Source of the DNA: Candidatus Altimarinota bacterium
GTDB lineage: Bacteria > Patescibacteriota > Gracilibacteria > JBDHUY01
DNA length: 64,000 nucleotides
Direction of reading: 5' to 3'
NCBI GenBank assembly: GCA_039809385.1
Contig: JBDHUY010000011.1
Location: 2,132-66,131 of the forward strand
The stretch's first letter is position 1, and each line of letters opens with the position of its first letter. The position numbers were made by a program, and so were the translations under genes. Under the pieces are notes generated by a model that was not told the DNA's origin, ran no database searches, and was given only the letters and a program-made list of their open reading frames with translations. Below, piece after piece: positions 27,193 through 36,818 of the stretch.

Positions 27193-28500
27193 ATGGACTA
27201 TACCAATCTACAAACTGCGGATCCCGAAATATTCGCCATGTTGCGAGGCGAGATGAAACGCCAAACCGAAGGCATGGAATTGATCGCCTCGGAAAACTAT
27301 GTATCCCCTGCCGTATTGGAGGCCTTGGGATCGATCTTCACCAACAAATATTCGGAAGGCTATCCCGGAAAACGCTACTACGGCGGCCAAGAATTTACCG
27401 ATCAGGTAGAGACGATTGCCATAGAGAGAGCAAAAAAGTTATTCAATTCCGATCACGCCAATGTCCAACCACTTTCCGGCGCAGCCGCCAACGTGGCCAC
27501 TTATTTTGCATGGCTCGACCCCGGCGACACGATCATGGGTATGGAACTTTCTCACGGCGGACACCTCACCCACGGCGCGCCAGTGACCTACATGACCAAA
27601 CTCTATAAATTCGTCCGGTATAAAATGAAAAACGCAGAAACCGGCGAAATAGACTATGACGGGATGCTGGAAATCGCCAGACAGGAAAAACCCAAGATCA
27701 TCCTGGCCGGATTTTCCGGATATCCGCGCGAATACGACTATGACAAAATCAAATCGATCGCCGATCAGGTCGGAGCCGTGGCCATGGCCGACATGGCCCA
27801 TATCGCCGGATTGATCGCGGGAGGAGTTTTGAAAAATCCGCTCTCCGCCGGCTTCCAGATCATGACTACGACCACCCACAAAAGTCTGCGGGGCCCCCGC
27901 GGCGCCATGATCCTTTCTCGGGGAACGGTAAGCAATCCCCTCAAAGCTCCCGAGAAAACAGTAGAAAATCTCCCCACCCTGATCGATCGCTCAGTTTTTC
28001 CCGGATTTCAGGGCGGACCGCACATGCACCAGGTCGCCGCGATCGCCGTAGCATTAGGCGAAGCGATAAAACCCGATTTTGCTATGTATGCTCAGCAGAT
28101 TGTAAAAAACGCCAAAACGCTTTCTCTCGAACTCATGAACAAGGGATGTAAACTCGTCACAAACGGGACCGATAACCACCTGATGATTATCGACTGTATG
28201 ACCTCGTTCGGTTATACCGGTAAAGTCCTCCAGGAAGCTCTCGACAAGGTAGGCATAAGTCTGAATAAAAACGCTATTCCGGATGACCAGAATCCGCCGT
28301 TCAATCCGAGCGGTGCGCGTCTGGGCACACCAGCCATAACCACCCGGGGTATGAAAGAAGATGAAATGAAGCAGATTGCCGGCTGGATCGTGGATGTGGC
28401 GAAAAATGTTCAAAACGAGGAACACCTTCAAAAAATTAAAAAGGAAGTTACAGAGATATGCTTACAATTCCCGGTTCCGGGCATCGGGCAGGATTTTTAA
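27193..28500 (+). CDS. glyA: Serine hydroxymethyltransferase
   Basis: 'LIASENYVSPAVLEA', 'TTTTHKSLRGPRG' (PLP lysine motif). Confidence 0.97.
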   Translation: MDYTNLQTADPEIFAMLRGEMKRQTEGMELIASENYVSPAVLEALGSIFTNKYSEGYPGKRYYGGQEFTDQVETIAIERAKKLFNSDHANVQPLSGAAANVATYFAWLDPGDTIMGMELSHGGHLTHGAPVTYMTKLYKFVRYKMKNAETGEIDYDGMLEIARQEKPKIILAGFSGYPREYDYDKIKSIADQVGAVAMADMAHIAGLIAGGVLKNPLSAGFQIMTTTTHKSLRGPRGAMILSRGTVSNPLKAPEKTVENLPTLIDRSVFPGFQGGPHMHQVAAIAVALGEAIKPDFAMYAQQIVKNAKTLSLELMNKGCKLVTNGTDNHLMIIDCMTSFGYTGKVLQEALDKVGISLNKNAIPDDQNPPFNPSGARLGTPAITTRGMKEDEMKQIAGWIVDVAKNVQNEEHLQKIKKEVTEICLQFPVPGIGQDF

Positions 28501-28737
28501 AAAACACCTTGTTCAAAAAATAATTTACGATACAGTGCGTGTACTTTTAGTTTTTTGATACGTTACTTAGTCATAAACGAAGTGTTTTTTTGAGGAAAAA
28601 CAAACAATATTGCCTGTTACGAGTAAGAAATATCGACTACGACGAACCGAATATATGCTTTTTTAAAAACTTTCCGTAGCGATGGAAAATTTATCTCATC
28701 TTATTTTTCTTTTTCGCAGATTGCTAAAGTACCAATT

Positions 28738-29370
28738 ATGTCCAATGAGAAAGCCATTCTGCATAGTCTGAAGAAACACTATGCTAACGCCCGAATGATG
28801 CTCAAGTACAGCAACGACTGGGAATTATTGGTGGCGGTCATTCTGTCGGCTCAATGTACTGATATAATGGTCAATCGGGTGACTGAAAAATTGTTTAAAA
28901 AATATAAAACGCTGGAAGACTACATCCGAGCCGTTCCGGAAGAATTCGAACAGGATATCAAATCAACCGGTTTTTATCGCAATAAAGCGAAGAACATCTT
29001 GGCGAGTGCCAAGATACTGAAAGAACGTTTCGGCGGAAAACTCCCCAAAACGATGCAAGAGATGCTAGAACTCAACGGAGTGGCTCGCAAAACCGCCAAT
29101 GTGGTTTTGGGAAATGCCCACGGCGTGGTAGAGGGCATCGCCGTTGACACACACGTAACGCGTTTGGCACAACGACTTGGACTAACGAAACATACGGATC
29201 CAAAACGGATCGAACAGGATCTGATGAACATTGTCCCGAAAAAAGACTGGTTTCACCTCACCTACTGGCTGATAGAACACGGCCGGCAAGTTTGCAAAGC
29301 CAGGCATCCGCTTTGTGCAAATTGCATCGTACAAACAAAATGTCCGTCAGCTTTTCTCAAGACACAATGA
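28738..29370 (+). CDS. nth: Endonuclease III
   Basis: HhH-GPD 'LNGVARKTANVVLGNA' and the [4Fe-4S] cluster loop 'CKARHPLCANCIVQTKC'. Confidence 0.93.
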   Translation: MSNEKAILHSLKKHYANARMMLKYSNDWELLVAVILSAQCTDIMVNRVTEKLFKKYKTLEDYIRAVPEEFEQDIKSTGFYRNKAKNILASAKILKERFGGKLPKTMQEMLELNGVARKTANVVLGNAHGVVEGIAVDTHVTRLAQRLGLTKHTDPKRIEQDLMNIVPKKDWFHLTYWLIEHGRQVCKARHPLCANCIVQTKCPSAFLKTQ

Positions 29371-30518
29371 CACCCGAGAATACGGAAATTGAGGGGATCA
29401 TTCAGCTGGCACAAAATTTGATTTATGAACGCAAAATTCCGGACAGTCGGGAAGAAGACACCGCTATAAAAGAAAGAGACGTGGAGATGTGGCGCCAACT
29501 CATTAATATCCTTGAAAAGTCACTCAGCGGAATTTTAACCAAAAACGGAATTATTTTCAGCCATACTAGTCGGCCAACGACGAGTGAGTTTGGGGTAGCC
29601 CTATCTCCGATTAACGCCGGAGATTGTATTAAAGACACAATCCGGACAGCTCAATTTATGCTAGGTGTAGATACTGCCATGCAATCCGTAATAGCAAGAA
29701 AACGGGCGCAGAATCAAGAGGCAAATGTTAAGATCCTCTATGCCGGATGTGGTCCATATGCGCCATTGGTCTTACCGCTCATTCCTCGATATAGTGATCA
29801 GAATATCGAAATACACCTTCTTGATATACATCTCGAATCTATCGAGGCAGTACAAGCTCTCTGTCTGAAACTGGATTTTTTTCCTCAATACAATATCCAC
29901 TTTCATTGTAAAGATGCAACAAAAATAGATCTGAAAAAGGAACAATGCCCTGATTTTGATATTGTCCTATCCGAAACCATGGATGCAGGGTTAAGAAGTG
30001 AACCGCAAGCGGCGATTCTCTATAATGTAGCGAAACAAGTGAAAGAAGACTGCATTTTTCTGCCGGAATCCATCCAGCTGTCTGTTGCAGTCAAAAGTTT
30101 GAATGAGTATCTTTCAACTCTAAGACGTATTCATACTATAAATCCTGAATATTTTAACTTTAGAGAAACCGCAGACAAGCTGAGGACCTGGCATATCCTG
30201 ATGAATGGAGGAGAGGGCAGTCAGTTTTCTTCTAAAAATGAGAGTCGTGGTGATTATATAATTCGTGAACTTACGCTACGAGATGCAAAAAATATCGAGA
30301 AATCTCTCGAAGATTTCCTACGAACCGTAGCTCGACTTGAAATCCCGGCATCTCTAGATGAAACGCAGCTCATCATTTTAGAAACACGAATAAATGTATT
30401 CAAAAATATCAGCATCGATCCAGGCGATTCACACATTACCAGACCTTTACTTATTGGATTAACAAACAGACAGGAGTTAACCAACCTGGCGATCAATTAT
30501 ATTTTAGGCAGAAACTGA
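29367..30518 (+). CDS. Class I SAM-dependent methyltransferase-like protein (unknown substrate)
   Basis: Motif I-like 'KILYAGCGPYAPL' and post-I 'HLLDIH'. Start set at the ATGA overlap with the nth stop (29367); the ORF-track start at 29292 lies inside nth. Confidence 0.5.
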   Translation: MTPENTEIEGIIQLAQNLIYERKIPDSREEDTAIKERDVEMWRQLINILEKSLSGILTKNGIIFSHTSRPTTSEFGVALSPINAGDCIKDTIRTAQFMLGVDTAMQSVIARKRAQNQEANVKILYAGCGPYAPLVLPLIPRYSDQNIEIHLLDIHLESIEAVQALCLKLDFFPQYNIHFHCKDATKIDLKKEQCPDFDIVLSETMDAGLRSEPQAAILYNVAKQVKEDCIFLPESIQLSVAVKSLNEYLSTLRRIHTINPEYFNFRETADKLRTWHILMNGGEGSQFSSKNESRGDYIIRELTLRDAKNIEKSLEDFLRTVARLEIPASLDETQLIILETRINVFKNISIDPGDSHITRPLLIGLTNRQELTNLAINYILGRN

Positions 30519-30577
30519 AGATCATCCGACTAGGTAACCACAACAGGAAAATTACCAATCAACACCTCTGAGCAAAC

Positions 30578-31171
30578 ATGAACATTGTCAAACCCGCAGT
30601 AACTGTCATAAACACGGAAATAAATGATGCTGCTAATATGCAAGTCACTAAAGATTCCCAACTCCTCCTGTCTATCTTTGGCGAAGGATATCCGATTACA
30701 CAATCAGAACTGACAAATGTCTGTCAGCGTTTCCTCATGGGAGAACGGAAAATCGCTCCCAGAACGACTCAAGATACCATTGACCACATTCTTTCTCTCT
30801 TGCGAGGACAAAGAATTTCGGAAACGATCTGGGAACGTGAGATTCTGCCTTTTTGGTCTGGTCCAGAGCCTGATTACATAAATTACGTTACCCCCTATCA
30901 GAGACTGGCAGAAATTTTGGAGATCCAATTAAGCGAAGAACAGATATCCCAGATTCAAAGAATAGACCGTCATATTGCCGCAGACCTGCTCTCGATGCTT
31001 TCATACTTGCATGAGGAGCATAATAATCCGAGAGAAGTGCCCCATCACCCGCCTTTTTTCAGGAACCACACCAGTATCACCTTGGACAAGGGATTTCCCT
31101 GGAATAAACTCGTAGCATGGATCAAAAAACGTATCCACGAGATTGTCATTTCTTTGACTTTTGATCGCTGA
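30578..31171 (+). CDS. Hypothetical protein
   Basis: 197-aa ORF with no motif I recognise. Confidence 0.45.
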   Translation: MNIVKPAVTVINTEINDAANMQVTKDSQLLLSIFGEGYPITQSELTNVCQRFLMGERKIAPRTTQDTIDHILSLLRGQRISETIWEREILPFWSGPEPDYINYVTPYQRLAEILEIQLSEEQISQIQRIDRHIAADLLSMLSYLHEEHNNPREVPHHPPFFRNHTSITLDKGFPWNKLVAWIKKRIHEIVISLTFDR

Positions 31172-31296
31172 TCGATATCCTGAACATGTACATCATTTCC
31201 GTGAGACTGCCTGTACGAGGACGGATATTACGGGATTGAACTGCATTCAAAAAATCACACTTCATCATTCATACCTCATAATTCATCAATTATTGT

Positions 31297-31866
31297 ATGG
31301 CCGAATCCATCACCGATCTCAAAGTCGGACGCATTGTCAAAATCGGAAAAGATCCCTGTCTGATCGTCGCCTCCCAATTCTTGCGCAAACAGCAACGCAA
31401 ACCGGTTATGAAAACCAAGCTGAAAAATTTGATCACGAACGGCACGATCGAAAAAAACTTTCTAGCCGGCGAAGCGTTCGAGCTGGTAGAAATTGAAACC
31501 AAGAAATGCCAATATCTGTATAAAGACGAGTCCAAAGGGTATTTTATGGATACCGAATCGTACGAACAGTTCGAGATTCCAGTTGAAACGATCGAAGAAC
31601 AGCTGAAATTCATGCTGGACGGCACCGAAGTCTATGTCTCGTTTTATGACGGCAAACCAATCGGAGTGCAGTTACCGTTTAAGGTCGATCTGAAAGTCGT
31701 GGAAACGCCCCCCGGCGTACGCGGCGATACAGCCACGGGCGGAGGCAAACCCGCTACGCTCGAAACCGGGCTCGTAGTAACCGTTCCGTTTTTTATCGAA
31801 AATGGCGATATCATCCGGGTCAATACCGAAGAATACGAATATGTCGAACGGGTTCAGAAACAGTAG
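31297..31866 (+). CDS. efp: Elongation factor P
   Basis: 'DLKVGRIVKI...KPVMKTKLKNLITNGTIEKNF', 'VETPPGVRGDTATGGGKPATLETG'. Confidence 0.95.
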   Translation: MAESITDLKVGRIVKIGKDPCLIVASQFLRKQQRKPVMKTKLKNLITNGTIEKNFLAGEAFELVEIETKKCQYLYKDESKGYFMDTESYEQFEIPVETIEEQLKFMLDGTEVYVSFYDGKPIGVQLPFKVDLKVVETPPGVRGDTATGGGKPATLETGLVVTVPFFIENGDIIRVNTEEYEYVERVQKQ

Positions 31867-31893
31867 GAAGACAAGTCGACAGACTGTTTACGT

Positions 31894-32292
31894 TTAGGAT
31901 AACGATTTGAGCCATCTCTCTACCAATGTCGTATACGGAATCGATTCCCCGATACTTTGACAGAAAGACGCTACGTTAAGATCCTTTTCGGTGAGAAATT
32001 CGAGACCTTCCAGGGCTATACCGAGGTACCGGGCCAGCAAGACCAGCGCCAGTTTTTCACGAGCCTCAACGCCCTTTTCTAAATCTTTTCTGATACTATT
32101 TTCCAGATCACTTTTGGAAAGCGATCTCCGTTCTTCAACGTAGCGAAGAAGCATTTTTTTTATTTCGAACCAGTACGCTTCCTCGGTTGGATTGCTGCAA
32201 AGAGCTGCAAGACCATTAAGAGTTCGGTGTAAATCGCCCAGATCGATTGTTTCCGGATCTTCATCCGGATATAAAGAAGCATTGAGACTCAT
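31894..32292 (-). CDS. Hypothetical protein
   Basis: 132-aa helical ORF, no recognised motif. Confidence 0.4.
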   Translation of the reverse strand: MSLNASLYPDEDPETIDLGDLHRTLNGLAALCSNPTEEAYWFEIKKMLLRYVEERRSLSKSDLENSIRKDLEKGVEAREKLALVLLARYLGIALEGLEFLTEKDLNVASFCQSIGESIPYTTLVERWLKSLS

Positions 32293-32382
32293 TGTAGAGG
32301 GATATATAAAGATAAGCTTTCTTACTAGTATAGCAAAAAAGCACTAAGCGGAATACACGTAAGATACAAATAAAAGATCTAC

Positions 32383-33159
32383 CTATATCTGAGATGTAGC
32401 ATTCTGTATAGCTGGGACAAAAAACGTTGCAGCTGCACTATGAATTTTTTCGATGAGAGAATCGCTTCGCTCATCTACAACCGTATTTTCGGCCAGCATC
32501 ACCCGGTCAATCAACCATTCCGGATACGGATCGCAGCCGTCCCGTCGGGTTTGATCAAAAATGCGGGTAATATTTTGCTCTCGACTGACGGGAAATTCCG
32601 TTCCCTGAGAAATACGAATTTCGGTCAACAACGCATCATCTCCAAAAGGATTGGCAATCGCATGAATATATCCGGGTGGAATCAACAATTGATCGTTCTG
32701 GTGAAGATTCAGTATCATGAGATTTTCCTCATAATATGCGCTGGAACGTAAATCTTTAATGGACGTATCTACCACATTCGTTTTGGAAAGGATCACTCGC
32801 AAAGGCGTCTGAGCGTGCCATAATTCGGCATGCCCGGCATGTTGAGGCGTGCCATGAAACTGTAAACTGAGAAGAGTACCGGGTTTCACATGTAATATTT
32901 TCTGATCGTATGAGGATCGTATCTCAGCAGGAAAACCATGCTTATCAAGCAGGTAGTCCCGTAGTCCCAAGGTATTATGACGCGATCCAAAAAAATCCTC
33001 TCCTTGCTCAAGCAAGTACCAACCGCCCCACGGACGGTTCGGATCACTGTCTAGCGGAGTTACAGTTCCTAACTGCATTAAAAGCTGTTGGACTGCCGGA
33101 TGATAGTCAGATGCGCCAAGATTTTCAGACATAATACTGTAGCCTGATAAGACGCGCAT
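32383..33159 (-). CDS. Cupin-fold protein, type II mannose-6-phosphate isomerase-like
   Basis: 'RPWGGWYLL' and 'LSLQFHGTPQHAGHAELWH...LIPPGYIHAIANP' cupin motifs. Confidence 0.6.
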   Translation of the reverse strand: MRVLSGYSIMSENLGASDYHPAVQQLLMQLGTVTPLDSDPNRPWGGWYLLEQGEDFFGSRHNTLGLRDYLLDKHGFPAEIRSSYDQKILHVKPGTLLSLQFHGTPQHAGHAELWHAQTPLRVILSKTNVVDTSIKDLRSSAYYEENLMILNLHQNDQLLIPPGYIHAIANPFGDDALLTEIRISQGTEFPVSREQNITRIFDQTRRDGCDPYPEWLIDRVMLAENTVVDERSDSLIEKIHSAAATFFVPAIQNATSQI

Positions 33160-33177
33160 ATCATAGAAGAAAGCCCC

Positions 33178-34374
33178 CTAGGATACAATACTTTTTGCAA
33201 GAAAAAAACCGACGCCGCTGCCGACCAGCAACATAACGAAGAGCAACGCCGCAAAACTGAGCCGCAATGTCATGCGATCAAACCCTTCTACTAAGCCTGC
33301 TATTTCGGCCTCAGTAGTCGATCCCAGCGCGCAAAAAAGAGCAAACCCCGTCAGCGGAATATATAGAAAGATCTGAGATTGAGCCATATTCTGCCAAAAA
33401 ATAGCTGCCAAAATCAATCCCAGCAATCCGCCGACGAGCCCAAATCCGGCATTGCGAAGAAAAATAAATACCAGCTCTTTTATACCGCTGAAAGATCGCA
33501 GACGTACGACGAAATTGCCGTCGCTGCTTACCGTTGAACCTAGCAACAAGCCTAGTAACAGAAAAACGATAGGCGCTTCGGTACTCCCCTGCCCTGTGAG
33601 ATTTACCAGGAAACGTCCGATCATCAAAAAGAGATACCCGCCCGCGAACGTGACCAGGAGGGTCCGCAAGAAATGATAGAGTTTTTTCATACGTACATTA
33701 GGTAAAAAAGTTTCGATTTTGAAGTTTAAATCCATACCGACAAAGAAACCGATCACGGCTCCGGAGAGCAATCCGCCCAGATTTTTCCAGCTCGTCCAGA
33801 GAGCCGAATTTTGAAGAAACTCGTTCCACAACTCACCGCTTTTTTTCAGATTTTGGAAAGAAAAGCCTGTTTTGGCCCAGAGCAGAATGTCAGAAAGCAA
33901 GAGTATCCCGTATCCGATCACCAGACTGCACACGGTCAGCGTCACAATCCGCGTAACGGCAGCCACGATCAATTGCCGGCGATAATGAGCGATATCCTTC
34001 GAAAATGAAGAAGCAGCAGCTGTAGCAGTGGACTTTTCAGAGGAAGTTCCAGATGAAGACGGCGAAGATGTTGTATTGGGAGATGAAGAACTCCGGGCAG
34101 ACTGAAAATGGTCGCTGTTGATATGGGTCGCATGGCGCACACGATCATAAATTTTGCGCTCTTCTTCGTTGCCCAAGACCTGAAACGCTTCGTTGATCTG
34201 CTTGAACTTTTCCGCCGCACCAACTTCGTGGTTAACATCCGGATGGTATAATTTGGCCAGATGAAAAAACGTTTTCTTGATTTCGTCGTGCGAAGCGCTT
34301 TCGGATACTCCCAAGGCGGCGTAATAGTCTTTGGTTTTGTATTGAAAGAGAGACATACGGAAAGAATAGCTCAA
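33178..34374 (-). CDS. J-domain (DnaJ-like) polytopic membrane protein
   Basis: 'DYYAALGVSESASHDEIKKTFFHLAKLYHPDVN' (HPD), a Ser-rich linker, then about 8 hydrophobic helices. Confidence 0.75.
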   Translation of the reverse strand: MSYSFRMSLFQYKTKDYYAALGVSESASHDEIKKTFFHLAKLYHPDVNHEVGAAEKFKQINEAFQVLGNEEERKIYDRVRHATHINSDHFQSARSSSSPNTTSSPSSSGTSSEKSTATAAASSFSKDIAHYRRQLIVAAVTRIVTLTVCSLVIGYGILLLSDILLWAKTGFSFQNLKKSGELWNEFLQNSALWTSWKNLGGLLSGAVIGFFVGMDLNFKIETFLPNVRMKKLYHFLRTLLVTFAGGYLFLMIGRFLVNLTGQGSTEAPIVFLLLGLLLGSTVSSDGNFVVRLRSFSGIKELVFIFLRNAGFGLVGGLLGLILAAIFWQNMAQSQIFLYIPLTGFALFCALGSTTEAEIAGLVEGFDRMTLRLSFAALLFVMLLVGSGVGFFLAKSIVS

Positions 34375-34564
34375 AAATCAAAGGTCAATCCGCCGTGGCG
34401 GATCAAAGGGGATCTTTTTTACAAGGTTGAATCATGCGGAACATATTCCCAAGGTTCTTATAAGCATAACATCTTAGGCACACTTGCGTAAAGGGTAGAT
34501 TCTCTTGGTCAGCTTACCGGGTTTGTTTATAATCGGAGTAATTCTACTTCCTACCTATCCTCAC

Positions 34565-35707
34565 ATGAAGAAAGGTGTATCTGTATTATTGATGGCAACC
34601 CTCCTCGTGTCGGCCTGCCAGATTACTCAGAAATCTCCCAGTGACAAAACGCTGACGTTCCAAGAACCCGCACTGGAACAATCGGCAATGCTTATTTTGC
34701 AACTACAAAACGGAAGCGCTTTTGAACACAAACTTGCGGACGCCGCAGATATGATCGTTTCTCTGCAAAGCCCGGAAATGCAGACCGGCGTGCGCACCAA
34801 TTTGGATCTGGCTCTACAACAGCTCAAGAATATCAAATCCGCCCGGATGGTCATACGTACTCCGGACAATATACCGCAATTTAACGACATATCCCGACTC
34901 GATGCGTCGGAATTCGAACAATTTAAAAGCAAGTTCGTCATACAACTAGCGTCTCTCTTTCAAAGGACTTGTGCATACGGATCGGTCATACTCGACCAAT
35001 TATCGGATCCGCTCAGACAGACCCTCTCGGCCCAGGAAATGATCTCGGTGGATGACAATGGAATATATGTACGAAGTCCCGGGTGTATCGACAAAGGGAT
35101 CAAGACAATGGACGACATCAAAGAAGCCTTAGATACATTGCCGGTACTGAGCGATGCGAGTATGCGTATTGTTACACGCGGAGCACCAGTCCGGGCGATC
35201 CTGGCTCCCTACCTTATTCTATTTGAACGGGGATACCATTTCGGTGTAATCAATTCGGACACAAAAGGCGCCAATCCGCTGCGGCAAAAAATAGCTCTCG
35301 GGGTCTTGGATTTTATCAAAGACTTGAATATCAGCAGCTTGTATAACCAGTACACGTATATGATCAGTACGATTACACTGGAAGACACGAAAATCACCTT
35401 CGTGCATGAACTGGAAACCGATTCGGCTCCGTTGACCAAACTTTTTATCGAGAGTCAGGAAGGCAGAGCTAAAGCCGGACAATTGTTACTCAGTAACAAG
35501 GTACATCTGCTAACTTCGACCAATCTGGATCAAAACAAAGGGATTATCCGCATCATCTATGAAAACCCGGACCTGTCTCTGCTTTTGGGAGATTATGCTT
35601 CGATCAGTTCGATCGCTACGGTTGCTCTCCTGAGCACCGTGGGGTTTGTGAGCTACCAGGGGTATATGCGTGATGTACGGCCATATGAGCAGCAAGGAAG
35701 CTTGTAG
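34565..35707 (+). CDS. Lipoprotein (hypothetical)
   Basis: Start re-set to MKKGVSVLLMATLLVSACQ (lipobox LVSAC). The ORF-track start at 34505 is a TTG. Confidence 0.65.
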   Translation: MKKGVSVLLMATLLVSACQITQKSPSDKTLTFQEPALEQSAMLILQLQNGSAFEHKLADAADMIVSLQSPEMQTGVRTNLDLALQQLKNIKSARMVIRTPDNIPQFNDISRLDASEFEQFKSKFVIQLASLFQRTCAYGSVILDQLSDPLRQTLSAQEMISVDDNGIYVRSPGCIDKGIKTMDDIKEALDTLPVLSDASMRIVTRGAPVRAILAPYLILFERGYHFGVINSDTKGANPLRQKIALGVLDFIKDLNISSLYNQYTYMISTITLEDTKITFVHELETDSAPLTKLFIESQEGRAKAGQLLLSNKVHLLTSTNLDQNKGIIRIIYENPDLSLLLGDYASISSIATVALLSTVGFVSYQGYMRDVRPYEQQGSL

Positions 35708-35782
35708 TGGTTTACAAAAGGTTTCACCTTAAAGAAAATTGCTTCTCGGTAAACAGTATTTTTTATTACTCTTCGCTCTATT

Positions 35783-36070
35783 ATGAGTACTGTTATTATC
35801 ATAAAAACCGATCCCAAAATCAAAAAAGAAGCCCAGAAGATTCTCAAAGAGTTTGGACTCTCCCTAAGCGGGGTATTGAACGGGTACCTACGTCAAATTG
35901 TGCGTAACAAAAAAGTAGAATTTCAGCTTGTGACCGAAAACGGTTTTACCGTAGAAGAAGAACAGGCCATGTTGCAGGATATCGAGGAAACCATGCAAGG
36001 TTACAAAAGTGGGAGAGTAAAGGCCTACAAGAGTGCAAAGGATTTACATGATGATATTTTTTCCGAATGA
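35783..36070 (+). CDS. Type II antitoxin, RelB/DinJ family
   Basis: 'IIIKTDPKIKKEAQKILKEFGLSLSGVLNGYLRQIVRNKKVEF' fits the DinJ ribbon-helix-helix pattern. Confidence 0.75.
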   Translation: MSTVIIIKTDPKIKKEAQKILKEFGLSLSGVLNGYLRQIVRNKKVEFQLVTENGFTVEEEQAMLQDIEETMQGYKSGRVKAYKSAKDLHDDIFSE

Positions 36071-36203
36071 AGGTTACCTCACTGTACAGTATCGGAGGGA
36101 CATCAAACGATTCACACACGATCTAAACGTATTGAATGAACCCCCTAACGGTTTGCGCAGGAAGCGTCATTGCGAAGAAGCTTCTTGTTGGCAGTTTCTA
36201 TAA
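36048..36203 (+). pseudogene. Probable truncated YafQ/RelE-type toxin remnant
   Basis: A 51-codon ORF overlapping the antitoxin end: MMIFFPNEGYLTVQYRRDIKRFTHDLNVLNEPPNGL.. ('YRRDIKRF' resembles the F-K-[RK]-D-[IL]-K-[KR] toxin N-terminus). It then runs into the inverted-repeat element and stops. Confidence 0.35.
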
Positions 36204-36315
36204 ATATCTGCTAGACGCAGCAATCTTGGATGCATACCGGCCAGGTGAACATAGATTGCTTCGTCTAGAGCGATTCTTACTTTCAAGGAATGTTAGTGCT
36301 TCCTCGCAATGACGG
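36164..36315. repeat. Nested inverted repeat (MITE-like / long hairpin)
   Basis: Outer arms GCGTCATTGCGAAGAAGC (36164..36181) and GCTTCCTCGCAATGACGG (36298..36315), 16/18 complementary. Inner arms CTAGACGCAGCAATCT (36211..36226) and AGATTGCTTCGTCTAG (36253..36268), 15/16 complementary. Confidence 0.8.
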
Positions 36316-36425
36316 AATCTTTCGCATAGTATGAAGTAAGGAATCCTGATCCTTATACGTTGGTACGAGTAGGTTCTCGTGCCAACGTATTTGGTCTATA
36401 AGATGCATCCGAAAACACCAAGAAC

Positions 36426-36806
36426 TCAGACCTCATCGACCCATGAATATAAAAGCTCGCGGGATACTTTTTCCGGCAGCCAATGTGTAAGGACTTCCGG
36501 GGAACAGATAAGCTGATATTGATCTTCGTAGAAAGGAGTATCGATGTCTGGCAAGACATAAACCCAGAGTTCACCCTGAATTACCGAAATATGCCAGTCG
36601 AATAATCCGGATTCCAGATATTTCTTCCATCCCTGTTTCTTCCAGAACGAGATCGCGCCTGGAAAGTCCTGTCCCCGCCGGGGCAACCACGAACCGTCGG
36701 GTTTGTGATTTCTGCGCGGATCATCGCGAGGGCAGAACTCGTCGACTGCCTGATAGAGACCAAGACACTTTCCCTTATTTTTGACGATAAACCGTACCAG
36801 CGCCAT
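36426..36806 (-). CDS. Hypothetical protein (Trp-rich, soluble)
   Basis: 126-aa ORF, last gene of the co-directional cluster. Confidence 0.45.
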   Translation of the reverse strand: MALVRFIVKNKGKCLGLYQAVDEFCPRDDPRRNHKPDGSWLPRRGQDFPGAISFWKKQGWKKYLESGLFDWHISVIQGELWVYVLPDIDTPFYEDQYQLICSPEVLTHWLPEKVSRELLYSWVDEV

Positions 36807-36818
36807 GAGGAGAGGCAG

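Noticed and set aside
31161-31625. ORFs 31161..31496 (+) and 31290..31625 (-).
   Set aside because: They overlap the strongly supported efp gene or its upstream region. The products are Arg/His/Ser-rich with no motifs.
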